From contig JAAFKI010000030.1 in the NCBI GenBank assembly GCA_021399345.1, forward strand, positions 1 through 28,408: a stretch of DNA of 28,408 bases, written 5' to 3'. Position numbers and translations under genes: made by a program. Below the pieces are notes generated by a model. It saw only the letters and a list, made by a program, of their open reading frames with translations. It had not been told where the DNA came from and made no database searches. Source of the DNA: Candidatus Heimdallarchaeota archaeon (GTDB lineage: Archaea > Asgardarchaeota > Heimdallarchaeia > Heimdallarchaeales > Heimdallarchaeaceae). This document shows positions 19,401 to 27,498 of the stretch, one piece after another (within the stretch, counting starts at the first letter, position 1; every line of letters begins with the position of its first letter).

Positions 19401-20653
19401 GAGGAGGACATTCTGATGTCAACATTTTGACCAATAATTACGGAATTATTGATTGGGTTTTCTACTAATATTTGTGGGTGTCTACTGATTAATATTATTT
19501 CGAAATTATTTGAAATAGATGTTATGAATGTAACATCTTTTCTATATATTCCATACGAAATTCTACCATAGTAACTGCCATCACTTAGTGATATGTTTGC
19601 TTCTCCATTACTGTCTGTGGTACTTACATAGTTACTTTCTACTGAATTAACTGCATCCTGTCTGTAAAGAGCTATCGCTGCTCCTTGAATTGGCTCGTCT
19701 TCATCTGTTATTACTCGGAAATACACACTTCTCTCAATATATGGGACGGATACTTCTACTTCCTTATCCTGATCTAATAGAAACTTTATAGACTCTGAAA
19801 TAACATCTTTAACTTCACATTGTATTTCATATTCACCAAAAGGCATTACAAACGAGACTTGATTATCATTAAAAATAATGGTTTCATTAATTAAATCTCC
19901 TCTCTTATTATAAACTGAAACTGATGCGTTAAGTTCTTGCAGATTTCCAGGAGTTATGATACTCACAACAAATTCAAATTCTTTACTGACTAATTCCCTT
20001 ATCATTTCTTTGTTGTCAATGATATCTAAGTCTATCTCGATTCTCAAGTGTGTTATATAGTTGAAATCCTCAAATGCAAAAAACTGACCGATCCATAGGG
20101 AAGAAATAATCTCATCATCCAATAGGGTATTAGTTCCAAAAATTGATTTGATTTTTAATTCAATAGCAGCTTCTGATCTGGTAGAAAAAAGTGTAATATA
20201 ATCCCCAATATTAAGGTTATTTCTTTCAGCAAAATTAATGCCCACACTAACCTCAAAAGTATCATTGACAGTTAGAAGCTGCCCCTCTAGGAATTCTACA
20301 TTCGTAAAATGCCAGAAAGAAGAAGCATCTACACCTCTGAAATAGACAGCTTTGGTCTTATATACAGCTGCAGTCATTACTTCAGGACTAACTTCTTTTA
20401 CACCTTCAATTGAACTAATAGTATCTGCTAAATCTAAGGGTATCACACTAGTGTATGGAGTCGCTGCTTCTGGATTTGAGATTACCAATATACTCTCGCT
20501 CTCTCCTAGATACGATGCTGTACCATTTACAATGCTTGACATAAGGATTCCAGCCCCAGAAATTATTGTTGAACTAATGAGAAATCCTATGAAAGCCAAG
20601 AGCATTCTCTTCTTTGGTAGGACATTGTAGAGAAAGATTTTTCTGAGATTCAT
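16460..20653 (-). CDS. Giant MacB/FtsX-family ABC permease with a ~1000-aa insert of Ig-like/carboxypeptidase-regulatory-like repeats
   Basis: N-terminal TM then MacB_PCD (IEGVKEVSP, FRGVD, VGxxFAExxxLNIGD); C-terminal FtsX (ESKRETTIIKMIGG plus 3 TMs); repeated YxWD...GxHTL modules between. Confidence 0.8.
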   Translation of the reverse strand: MNLRKIFLYNVLPKKRMLLAFIGFLISSTIISGAGILMSSIVNGTASYLGESESILVISNPEAATPYTSVIPLDLADTISSIEGVKEVSPEVMTAAVYKTKAVYFRGVDASSFWHFTNVEFLEGQLLTVNDTFEVSVGINFAERNNLNIGDYITLFSTRSEAAIELKIKSIFGTNTLLDDEIISSLWIGQFFAFEDFNYITHLRIEIDLDIIDNKEMIRELVSKEFEFVVSIITPGNLQELNASVSVYNKRGDLINETIIFNDNQVSFVMPFGEYEIQCEVKDVISESIKFLLDQDKEVEVSVPYIERSVYFRVITDEDEPIQGAAIALYRQDAVNSVESNYVSTTDSNGEANISLSDGSYYGRISYGIYRKDVTFITSISNNFEIILISRHPQILVENPINNSVIIGQNVDIRMSSSPGYSIYFYWDDNPTTMEDFYLASPGEEAPESISIPFDEGFHSLTIETYNQDFISSGFNKSLNYAEAKVFFNVIEAIPEDYYFINTMNGSHLNPSTVIILNTTQSFSGNFIYRWNNDPWFEVLSDIISVPYVNGIHALTLKAEFENSSKEWNFVFAVTDNPEGIGIIGLREHMQVRAESEIQTWFNPQYEAYYHWDSDAALLISQNGIIKPDGLAEGNHTLYLAFYDTSTWSNRSYTFRIDNSAPIITLSYINGSEINYESILTVLTNETLSSLEFSWDSLSFSTAYDMKILVPQGNGNHTLTLRTTDLAGNSIELFYEFVVVNFTGGVPIDYYLLNEYSGTINQNYIDLEVFSNVAGVVVEYQITGTVLKAGDCKDFTRVFLYPGNYNLKIIYWVDLWDSRERTWTFEILDGQKTSIVTNDDLNETYAGDVVVNLTYFDVNYTINSINSLYVSDGYYSLFYQLVDISNDTFNYNFIVDTNKPYVTILSPHKGEEGLDADLILESDAVLISFKIDNEPIYEYDRIYNLQFLVGGEHTIIFYLTDSYYNTKIETYTFYLEQEYVPVNLSLEVKIGDEIYQIFNLTVAINDFYNSPTNYFTTDINGSVFFNVFEGEFQVKFNYADKQYDFQLDTSTGINQNILIGYGETIVEVRDYFANSSIINQYCIIRDLSGRRIMSQITNNQGQFFTSSLPSGDYICYFTRGGDATIAVPFEVYGLNNIVLFEIPSMRKAVVFEFKYDNGSKIYNLPVIVETELQGQIITTTSLYSKIQIYLSYGYVNLTVFLKDGGSLHLRRIFEPGKELITIVLPSDSDEQWSKIPFKPVAGFSFLIAFSTEYLNYYLRGSLLFTYTLAYAEIALILVVVIVNMYSILQNMYKESKRETTIIKMIGGTNLHTIVSIFSRLGLIAFVASLIGYGIGTLILKILSSLNQTVFFGHTFVPKGSWNIFLLNVALIILVAILTTLLIARKASKERKVSSVRR

Positions 20654-21825
20654 CCCTTGTCCCTCCTTATGACTTTGATTTTTGAAGCTTCAAGCGAAGG
20701 AATTATTCCGGATACTATAGATAATGATAAGGAAAATAGAAATATTATTCCAACCAAAAAACCTTCAACTTTCAATGCTATGTATGGTAATCCCATTGTT
20801 GCCGTAACTAAGCCCACTATGCCACTCACAGCTAAATATCCAATTACTAGAGAAAGCAAAGCTGATATTACGCCAATATAAAGAGATTGAAGCATGAATA
20901 ACGTGACTATTTGCCTTTTAGTAGCTCCAATAGATCTTAATGTGAAAATCTCTTCTTCACTCTCTCTAACCAACGTATAAATGCTATATGAAATAGAAAT
21001 TAGCATTAAAACAAAAAATAAAATCTCTAAAAGAGTTAATGTTCTTATTACATCATTTGTAGCAAAAATGATGAAATTCTGAGTCTGTTTCTCATCAAGC
21101 ACCTCTAAGAAACTGAATTCATTTATAATATCGGTTCTAATTGTTTCAATTTCCCTAATATCTAGAATTCTTAATTCAATAAAAGAAAAATAATCCAAAG
21201 ATGTATTTAGATCAAAACTGGAAAGCGATCCTATTAACTCTATATCATACTCGTGACCTGATTTAATAACATTTGTTACAGAATAGCTCTCATTATGTGA
21301 TAGTACAAATGACTCATTTACTTGATAATCACTAAATTCAATTTTTATTAAGGAACCCACTCCTGCAGCAGTTAGATAAGCAAGTTGTTGTCCTATAATT
21401 ATCTCATCAGTTTCTATTTCTGTTGGGGGAAATTCATAGTGGTGAGGTTGAAATCGCTCAAAATCACTAATGTTGAGTAATCGTAAATGCGTCGTTAACC
21501 TTGTTCCTGTTTCTCCTTCAACCACTACTGGAATATATAATTCAGGTAAAATAACCTCTAAGTTGGGTGTTGTACTAGCGTATTCCTCTAAAAATTCTAA
21601 CACTTCAAAACTTATTCTGCTTTCGGATAAACTCTTTCCTTCTTCAATAACAAGAAGAAGATCTGAAGGTTGAATAATTTCTGCCATTCCACTTATATTG
21701 GATGCATATCCTCTGACTAAAAGGGTTGTAGAAATATATATGACGAGAGCTAAAGTTAATGTCATTATAGCTTGATAAGTCCTCTTTCTATTATGAAAGA
21801 AAAATCGAACACTGAACTTTAGCAT
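20650..21825 (-). CDS. MacB/FtsX-family ABC transporter permease
   Basis: TM1, periplasmic-type domain (EIIIGQQLA), ESEEEIFTLRSIGAT, 3 C-terminal TMs and IPSxxASK; ATGA overlap with the giant permease. Confidence 0.88.
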   Translation of the reverse strand: MLKFSVRFFFHNRKRTYQAIMTLTLALVIYISTTLLVRGYASNISGMAEIIQPSDLLLVIEEGKSLSESRISFEVLEFLEEYASTTPNLEVILPELYIPVVVEGETGTRLTTHLRLLNISDFERFQPHHYEFPPTEIETDEIIIGQQLAYLTAAGVGSLIKIEFSDYQVNESFVLSHNESYSVTNVIKSGHEYDIELIGSLSSFDLNTSLDYFSFIELRILDIREIETIRTDIINEFSFLEVLDEKQTQNFIIFATNDVIRTLTLLEILFFVLMLISISYSIYTLVRESEEEIFTLRSIGATKRQIVTLFMLQSLYIGVISALLSLVIGYLAVSGIVGLVTATMGLPYIALKVEGFLVGIIFLFSLSLSIVSGIIPSLEASKIKVIRRDKG

Positions 21826-21877
21826 TTAACGTCTCACTTGAAGACATAAATTTCTAGTGATATAAAATTTTCTAGCT

Positions 21878-21907
21878 AAAAAGAAAGAAGAAAATTCTTC
21901 TTCTCTT
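21878..21907 (-). terminator. Hairpin plus T-tract directly after the longin-TM gene
   Basis: Minus strand reads AAGAGAAGAAGAA-TT-TTCTTCTTTCTTTTT. Confidence 0.5.
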
Positions 21908-23230
21908 TCACGTTACTATTGGGTAGAGACCGAAGAACACTAATCTTTGAAGAATTAATGTGATGACTATTGCAACAGCAACTGCAAAAATAGATGGTAT
22001 TCGAGTTTTTGAAGGGGTTACTCTGTTTACCCCTATACCTAAGAATAGCAAATACCCATATAGGAATATGTTAAGAGGGATTCTGGCAAGCAGTTGAAAC
22101 TTTATTTCACGTTGTTCGACTCCAAAACTAGAACTAGTTGGGTTAAATCCAATCGCTTCTAAATATTTTACACCACCGAAAACATAGCCTATCATAAGTA
22201 TGAAAACAGCAATAGAAGAGATAAAAACTGCATTACGGTAGATTTTCCACCACTTCTTTTCTCCCAAAAGTAGTGAATAAATGAGTGGAAAAATAAAAAC
22301 CCATGTAAACCATGCAAAAATCCCAATAAGCATCTGATCTCCAATATCACTTGTTGCAAAATTTGTAAAATCAAACTCCTCAATTAAACCACCTACCAAC
22401 CCTCCTGGAAAGAGAGGATAGACCGTTAGTTCCGAGAAGAAACCTCCCGCGAAAAGCATAAAACTTACGTACACGAGAAAAGATGTTAGAATATTGATTA
22501 GGAAGTAATTAGGTAACAGTTCAGAGTAACTTGCTCTTGTTGGTCTAGTCAAATAATCTTTTGCAAATCTGAAAGTATCCTTCACATAAGTAAATTTGAA
22601 AAGCAGATAGATTGCTATCGCGGGAATAGCTATAACTGCTATAAGAAATAGGATATTAAGCGTCAGTGCTGCAGGATTCGACAAAGAGCCAAGTAAATCA
22701 TCCCAGATGAAAGTTCTTATGTCAAAATCCGTCATTCCCTTAAACGGTGGGGACCCGAAAATAAGCAGAGAATACCAACACAAAGTTAATGCTACAAAAA
22801 ATGTTGCTAAATAGTCCCTTATTCTGAATTTCCTTTTTTGAGTGTCAAGATACCATAGTTTCTTGTAAATTATTTCTGTAGCATCAGCTTCAAAATCAGT
22901 TAATACTAATCCATCTACTCTTACTTCACCATATTTTTCATAGAATCTCTTAGCAATCAAATCTAGTAATTCTTGGGTGTCTTTTGTATCCATTCTTTTA
23001 TCCACTGATATAACAAACAATAAATCGTTCTCCTCTTCTTGAAAAAGTATTCTTGAAGTTACCATTTCAAATTCAGAAATTCTTTCCTTTTGGGTTTCTG
23101 TTGCCATTGAATAAATTGCGCTCATTAACCCGCCTGTTAGTGCAACATCAACAGCTTCTTCTGTTTTTTCGAATTCTTGACTATAGAAAATTTGACCATA
23201 AGTTGTTAGAATAAGTAGATGCTTAATCAA
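21908..23230 (-). CDS. Longin-domain protein fused to about 7 TM helices
   Basis: MIKHLLILTTYGQIFYSQEF...GGLMSAI...LLFVI...LLDLIAKRFYEKY follows the beta-beta-alpha-beta-beta-beta-alpha-alpha longin pattern; about seven hydrophobic segments after aa ~140; TTG start. Confidence 0.75.
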   Translation of the reverse strand: MIKHLLILTTYGQIFYSQEFEKTEEAVDVALTGGLMSAIYSMATETQKERISEFEMVTSRILFQEEENDLLFVISVDKRMDTKDTQELLDLIAKRFYEKYGEVRVDGLVLTDFEADATEIIYKKLWYLDTQKRKFRIRDYLATFFVALTLCWYSLLIFGSPPFKGMTDFDIRTFIWDDLLGSLSNPAALTLNILFLIAVIAIPAIAIYLLFKFTYVKDTFRFAKDYLTRPTRASYSELLPNYFLINILTSFLVYVSFMLFAGGFFSELTVYPLFPGGLVGGLIEEFDFTNFATSDIGDQMLIGIFAWFTWVFIFPLIYSLLLGEKKWWKIYRNAVFISSIAVFILMIGYVFGGVKYLEAIGFNPTSSSFGVEQREIKFQLLARIPLNIFLYGYLLFLGIGVNRVTPSKTRIPSIFAVAVAIVITLILQRLVFFGLYPIVT

Positions 23231-23300
23231 GGTTGTATTCCCCTTTCTTATAACTCATAATAGAAACCTCTCTCCTAAAAATATTACGGAAGATTTCAGG

Positions 23301-23314
23301 AAATAGAAAAAAAA
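23301..23314 (-). terminator. Oligo-T terminator after ahcY
   Basis: Minus strand TTTTTTTTCTATTT about 16 nt after the stop codon. Confidence 0.55.
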
Positions 23315-23330
23315 GGGTGGTTTAGAAGAA

Positions 23331-24584
23331 TTAGGTACCTTCAAAGTAGGCATCCTTATAGGCTTCTTGTTCAGGAGTCAATTTATCTATTTTATATCCC
23401 ATGAGTGACAGTTTTAACCCTGCTATTTTTCTATCTTGTTCATCTGGAATATCATATACTTTGTTTTCGAGACTTTTACCTTCTTCAACAAGCTGAATTA
23501 AGCTTAACAATTGGTTCGCAAATGACATATCCATAACTTCTGAAGGATGACCTTCAGCAGCAGATAAGTTTACCAATCTTCCTTTTGCTAGAAGATACAC
23601 TTTTCTTCCATCTGACATTAGATATTCTTCATTATTTTTTCTTATTTCTCTTTTTGATGTGCTTAAATCTTCTAGCGCTTGGATGTTTATTTCAGCATCA
23701 TAATGTCCAGTATTGCATACAATTGCACCTTCTTTCATATTTTCAAAGTGCTTTTTTACAATAACATCCTTCATCCCAGTTGCAGTAATAAATAAATCAC
23801 CTATGCTTGCAGCTTCATCCATCTTCATGACCCTAAAACCATCCATTGCTGCCTTAAGAGCTTGAACTGGATCAACTTCAGTTATTACTACATCAGCTCC
23901 TAATCCTGATGCGTTCTTAGCTAAACCTTTTCCACAGTGTCCATAACCTGCTATAACAACGATTTTGCCAGCTATTATGATATTAGTTGATCTCAACACT
24001 CCATCTAATGTGGATTGACCAGTTCCATACACATTATCAAAATCACTTTTTGTTTCTGCATCATTTACCGCAATTATTGGATACAATAGTTTTTCAGCTC
24101 TGTCCATTGCTCTCAATCTGTGAACGCCAGTTGTTGTTTCTTCAGTTCCGCCTATGATGGTTTTAGCTAGATCTGAAAATTCAGAATGTACTCGAAATAT
24201 TAGATCGGCTCCATCATCTAATGTTAAAGTAGGTTTGAATTCCAAAACCTTGTCTATTGCCCAATAGAATTCTTCATTGGACATTCCATACCAGGCAAAT
24301 ATGGAAATATCTTTAGTTGCCAAAGCAGCAGCAATATCGTCTTTTGTAGATAAAGGATTACACCCACTCCAAGAAACCTCTGCTCCTGCAGCAATCAATG
24401 TTTCAACTAAAACAGCTGTTTCTTTGGTGACATGAAGACACCCTGCTACTTTCATACCTTCTAATGGTTTTGTTTTTGCAAACTCCCTTCTTAATTCCAT
24501 GAGAACAGGCATCCTAGACTCTGCCCAGTCAATATTCTTTCGACCCTCTTCGGCTAGATTTAGGTCCTTAATTTTGTATTCCAT
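23331..24584 (-). CDS. ahcY: Adenosylhomocysteinase (SAH hydrolase)
   Basis: GCLHVT, CNPLST, DDGAD, EETTTG, KSxFDNxYGTGQS, GYGxCGKG and GRLVNLxxAEGHP. Confidence 0.97.
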   Translation of the reverse strand: MEYKIKDLNLAEEGRKNIDWAESRMPVLMELRREFAKTKPLEGMKVAGCLHVTKETAVLVETLIAAGAEVSWSGCNPLSTKDDIAAALATKDISIFAWYGMSNEEFYWAIDKVLEFKPTLTLDDGADLIFRVHSEFSDLAKTIIGGTEETTTGVHRLRAMDRAEKLLYPIIAVNDAETKSDFDNVYGTGQSTLDGVLRSTNIIIAGKIVVIAGYGHCGKGLAKNASGLGADVVITEVDPVQALKAAMDGFRVMKMDEAASIGDLFITATGMKDVIVKKHFENMKEGAIVCNTGHYDAEINIQALEDLSTSKREIRKNNEEYLMSDGRKVYLLAKGRLVNLSAAEGHPSEVMDMSFANQLLSLIQLVEEGKSLENKVYDIPDEQDRKIAGLKLSLMGYKIDKLTPEQEAYKDAYFEGT

Positions 24585-24676
24585 GTTTCTCCCATCTTCT
24601 TCAATTTTAAAAATATATCGAGTTGAGATTTTTTGAAAAACACAAGATTAATCAATCTTGAAAAAAAACTAATAAT

Positions 24677-25396
24677 ATGGTGGAATATACTAAACCCTTG
24701 ATTATTGCTCACAGAGGTGCGTCTATTGAGGAAAATGAAAATTCCATTAAGGCTTTTGACTTAGCTGTTAAGCAAAAGGCCGATATGATAGAGTTGGATG
24801 CTCATCTGACTAAGGATGGTTATTTTGTAGTTCTTCATAATAACGCAATCCCCTATAAGGATAGTAATATTGTAATTGCTCAATCAAATCTTGAAACCAT
24901 CCGAAAATTCAAACTACCAAATGGAGATCCTATTCCTCTATTAGAAGATGTTCTTAAGCAATTCCTCTCGAAAATTAAATTTAATATAGAATTAAAGTGT
25001 GATGTAACGAAGAAACAATTCGATTCTCTTTTAAATGAAGTAGGTGGGGATAATTCCCGAATTATTGTAAGTTCATTTCTTCATGAACCCATTGTAAATC
25101 TAAAAGATAAAACTCTAGGTTATGAACTGGCTTATCTCTATATCTTTCCTATGTATCAAAACAAAAGTGTAGCTCTCAATGATTTTATTGATGCAATGAA
25201 TCCTTTCCACAAATTTCTGACTAAGAAAACAGTGAATTTTTATCATAAGCAAGGTAAGAAAGTTAATCCCTGGACAATTAATGATGAGAAACAAATTAGA
25301 AGACTAGTTAGAAGAAATGTGGATGGTATTATTACTGATCTCCCCAAACAAACAAGAGAGATAATATCTTTAGAGCTTGAGAAACTAAATGGTTAA
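24677..25396 (+). CDS. Glycerophosphodiester phosphodiesterase (GlpQ/UgpQ family)
   Basis: IIAHRGAS..EN, ExD, LH, NIELK, SSF, WTIND and VDGIITD. Confidence 0.92.
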   Translation: MVEYTKPLIIAHRGASIEENENSIKAFDLAVKQKADMIELDAHLTKDGYFVVLHNNAIPYKDSNIVIAQSNLETIRKFKLPNGDPIPLLEDVLKQFLSKIKFNIELKCDVTKKQFDSLLNEVGGDNSRIIVSSFLHEPIVNLKDKTLGYELAYLYIFPMYQNKSVALNDFIDAMNPFHKFLTKKTVNFYHKQGKKVNPWTINDEKQIRRLVRRNVDGIITDLPKQTREIISLELEKLNG

Positions 25397-26127
25397 TAGT
25401 ATTTTACTAAAGAGAATGAATATTCTTGCCATTCTGTTATTTGATTTACATTTTCAAGAAGTTCCTTTTCTTTGTTTTTCTCTACATTAAAGATCATACT
25501 TACAATCTCAGGTGAATAACCTGATTCAAGTATTTTTTTGTAATCAGTAGGTTCTTCGATTATTTCCAATTGATAGGCGCCTTCCTTAGAAACCATTAAC
25601 TCAATGATATCAGGTTTAATCCCTTCTTGGATTTTATTAAATATTTGAACAAATTCAGTTTTTTTCTCCAACTCTTTGCTTACTCTGAGAATAGCAACAT
25701 TGAACAATCCTTCATTGACTAAAACGGGAATTAACCAGAAAGATTGGCTTGGAATAGTTAATTCTGCAATAGAACAATCGTTTTTCTTTATATCCTCATC
25801 TAAATCTTGTACCAATTCTTTAGCTCGTTCCTCAGTTTGTTCCTCAGGAAGTAAAACAATTTCATCGATTGAATAGATGTTTATCACAGTTTTTTTTCCA
25901 TTAGCTTCTTCATCATCTTCTTCCTCAACTTCTCTTTCTTTTAGCCAGATTAGATAACCAGTAAACTTCTCCCCCGATTTTATTAGACTGATTTTAGCAT
26001 TTTTATCTTCTAGAGTAGAATCAACAAACATTTCTATTGTGATTTCATTACCATAGAGTGATTTTACTAATTTTTCTAGCTCCTGGGAAGTTTTGGGATT
26101 CTTAACTTCTGTAAACATCTCTGACAC
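25393..26127 (-). CDS. Acidic hypothetical protein with a degenerate GNAT-like N-terminal domain
   Basis: FTGYLIW...IDEIVLLPEEQTEERAKELV...CSIAELTI...NEG follows GNAT element order, but the QxxGxG/A loop has lost its glycines; GTG start. Confidence 0.5.
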   Translation of the reverse strand: MSEMFTEVKNPKTSQELEKLVKSLYGNEITIEMFVDSTLEDKNAKISLIKSGEKFTGYLIWLKEREVEEEDDEEANGKKTVINIYSIDEIVLLPEEQTEERAKELVQDLDEDIKKNDCSIAELTIPSQSFWLIPVLVNEGLFNVAILRVSKELEKKTEFVQIFNKIQEGIKPDIIELMVSKEGAYQLEIIEEPTDYKKILESGYSPEIVSMIFNVEKNKEKELLENVNQITEWQEYSFSLVKYY

Positions 26128-26182
26128 GGTATGAGCTATATCTAAATAAAACTATTCTTTTTAACGATGTTATTGAAAACTG

Positions 26183-26215
26183 AAAAATAAAAGAAAAATA
26201 AAAAGAAGGAAAAAA
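26183..26215 (-). terminator. Long T-rich terminator after the pilin gene
   Basis: Minus strand TTTTTTCCTTCTTTTTATTTTTCTTTTATTTTT immediately after the stop codon. Confidence 0.6.
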
Positions 26216-26216
26216 T

Positions 26217-26624
26217 TTATGCTGTGTGCGAAAATGTTTTTGATACTTCAGCAAACTCTAATGTAATATCATAACTGGTTCCAACGTTAAATGCTCCAAC
26301 TATGTAAACCATATCGGTACCTTCTGCGGCTATCACTACGTAAATCATACTACTTCCTGTTGGCGTGTCAAGAAGTTGTACTCCTGTTAAACCAGTGACA
26401 GTTACACTCGTGATATTAAGTGATCCACCTACGGCATCCACTTTAACTTCTAAAGCTCTGTCTCCACCACCAACATCACTTGACCCTGGTGTGACAATGA
26501 GCGTTGCTTCGCTTTTAGGTTGTAACATCGGAATTACTACTAGAAACACTATAGCTGCTGCTGCTGTAACCAATGCAATCAGCAAAACTGTTGCGATTAC
26601 TGGAGATACTCCTCGTTTCTTCAT
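26217..26624 (-). CDS. Archaeal type IV pilin/archaellin-like protein with a class III signal peptide
   Basis: MKKRG|VSPVIATVLLIALV is the prepilin-peptidase (PibD/FlaK) cleavage motif plus hydrophobic helix; small beta-rich head domain. Confidence 0.92.
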   Translation of the reverse strand: MKKRGVSPVIATVLLIALVTAAAAIVFLVVIPMLQPKSEATLIVTPGSSDVGGGDRALEVKVDAVGGSLNITSVTVTGLTGVQLLDTPTGSSMIYVVIAAEGTDMVYIVGAFNVGTSYDITLEFAEVSKTFSHTA

Positions 26625-26790
26625 TTTTTAATTCACCCTTGATTATTATTAATCAAATAAAAATAGCCAAATATTACTTAAAAAAGTAGCGGTTGTCTTA
26701 ACACGCTGAAATTATTCATTAGTAGAATAACTCCATTTTGCAGATTAACAATTATTTATATTGGAGTATGTCCTTAGTTAAACGGAACAA

Positions 26791-27486
26791 ATGGATACTA
26801 TCACTAATATCATATTCAGGTCATTGACCACAATTTATGAAGGAACGATTAGTGGTAGCGCTTTGCATCCGAACATGTATTTTCTCGAAAATAACAAATT
26901 GAATACTTATTATGGCTTCAATCTTCAAGATGTTATTCCAACAAGATTAATCACACGTATTTACGAAGAAAGAAAGAACATCATTACAGATCTACTCTGG
27001 TTGGTAGATGACTCAAAAGTAACTGGAAAGGGTCACATTTCTTTTACAGAAAAATCTAACAAAATTTCAGTAGAAGGAGAACCAAAAGAATATATCAAAT
27101 TAATTGAGAACGATGCAACTATAACTGCATGCTATGGGGATCTCCTCACACTACCTAATTATCTAGACCTAGTTCTAACTGGATCTAGAGAATGGTCTCC
27201 AGCTAAAATCCAATCTATAACAAAATTAAACATACCAAACATTCCCACAAACTTGTACAGTTTCTCAAGAACCATCTTAGAAGCAAAAAAAGTTAAAGAT
27301 GAAGATTATCAAGAACTTGTATTAGATAGTTACTTAGCTCTAATTGATTTAGTACACAGGTCACTTGAATTACTTTCTAAATATACTCAGAAGGAGAACG
27401 GAAAGATCATTTTTTGTGTTAGATGTGGTCAAGAGCTTCCTTCAAACTCATTCTACTGTCCAATATGTGGAAGTAAACAAAATTAG
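26791..27486 (+). CDS. Hypothetical protein with a C-terminal zinc ribbon
   Basis: CVRCGQELPSNSFYCPICG at the C-terminus; TTTATATT about 30 nt upstream. Confidence 0.75.
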   Translation: MDTITNIIFRSLTTIYEGTISGSALHPNMYFLENNKLNTYYGFNLQDVIPTRLITRIYEERKNIITDLLWLVDDSKVTGKGHISFTEKSNKISVEGEPKEYIKLIENDATITACYGDLLTLPNYLDLVLTGSREWSPAKIQSITKLNIPNIPTNLYSFSRTILEAKKVKDEDYQELVLDSYLALIDLVHRSLELLSKYTQKENGKIIFCVRCGQELPSNSFYCPICGSKQN

Positions 27487-27498
27487 TTTCAATAAAAA

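Noticed and set aside
21908-22810. Calling the ~7-TM region a rhodopsin or GPCR
   Set aside because: No retinal-binding Lys motif in the last helix and no GPCR motifs; TM count alone is insufficient.
210-26631. Short alternative ORFs in the track (e.g. 210-407, 690-923, 1290-1502, 3227-3424, 3994-4206, 4656-4904, 6718-7026, 8789-9079, 20352-20630, 26365-26631)
   Set aside because: They lie antisense to, or out of frame within, well-supported genes and have no recognisable motifs; treated as shadow ORFs.
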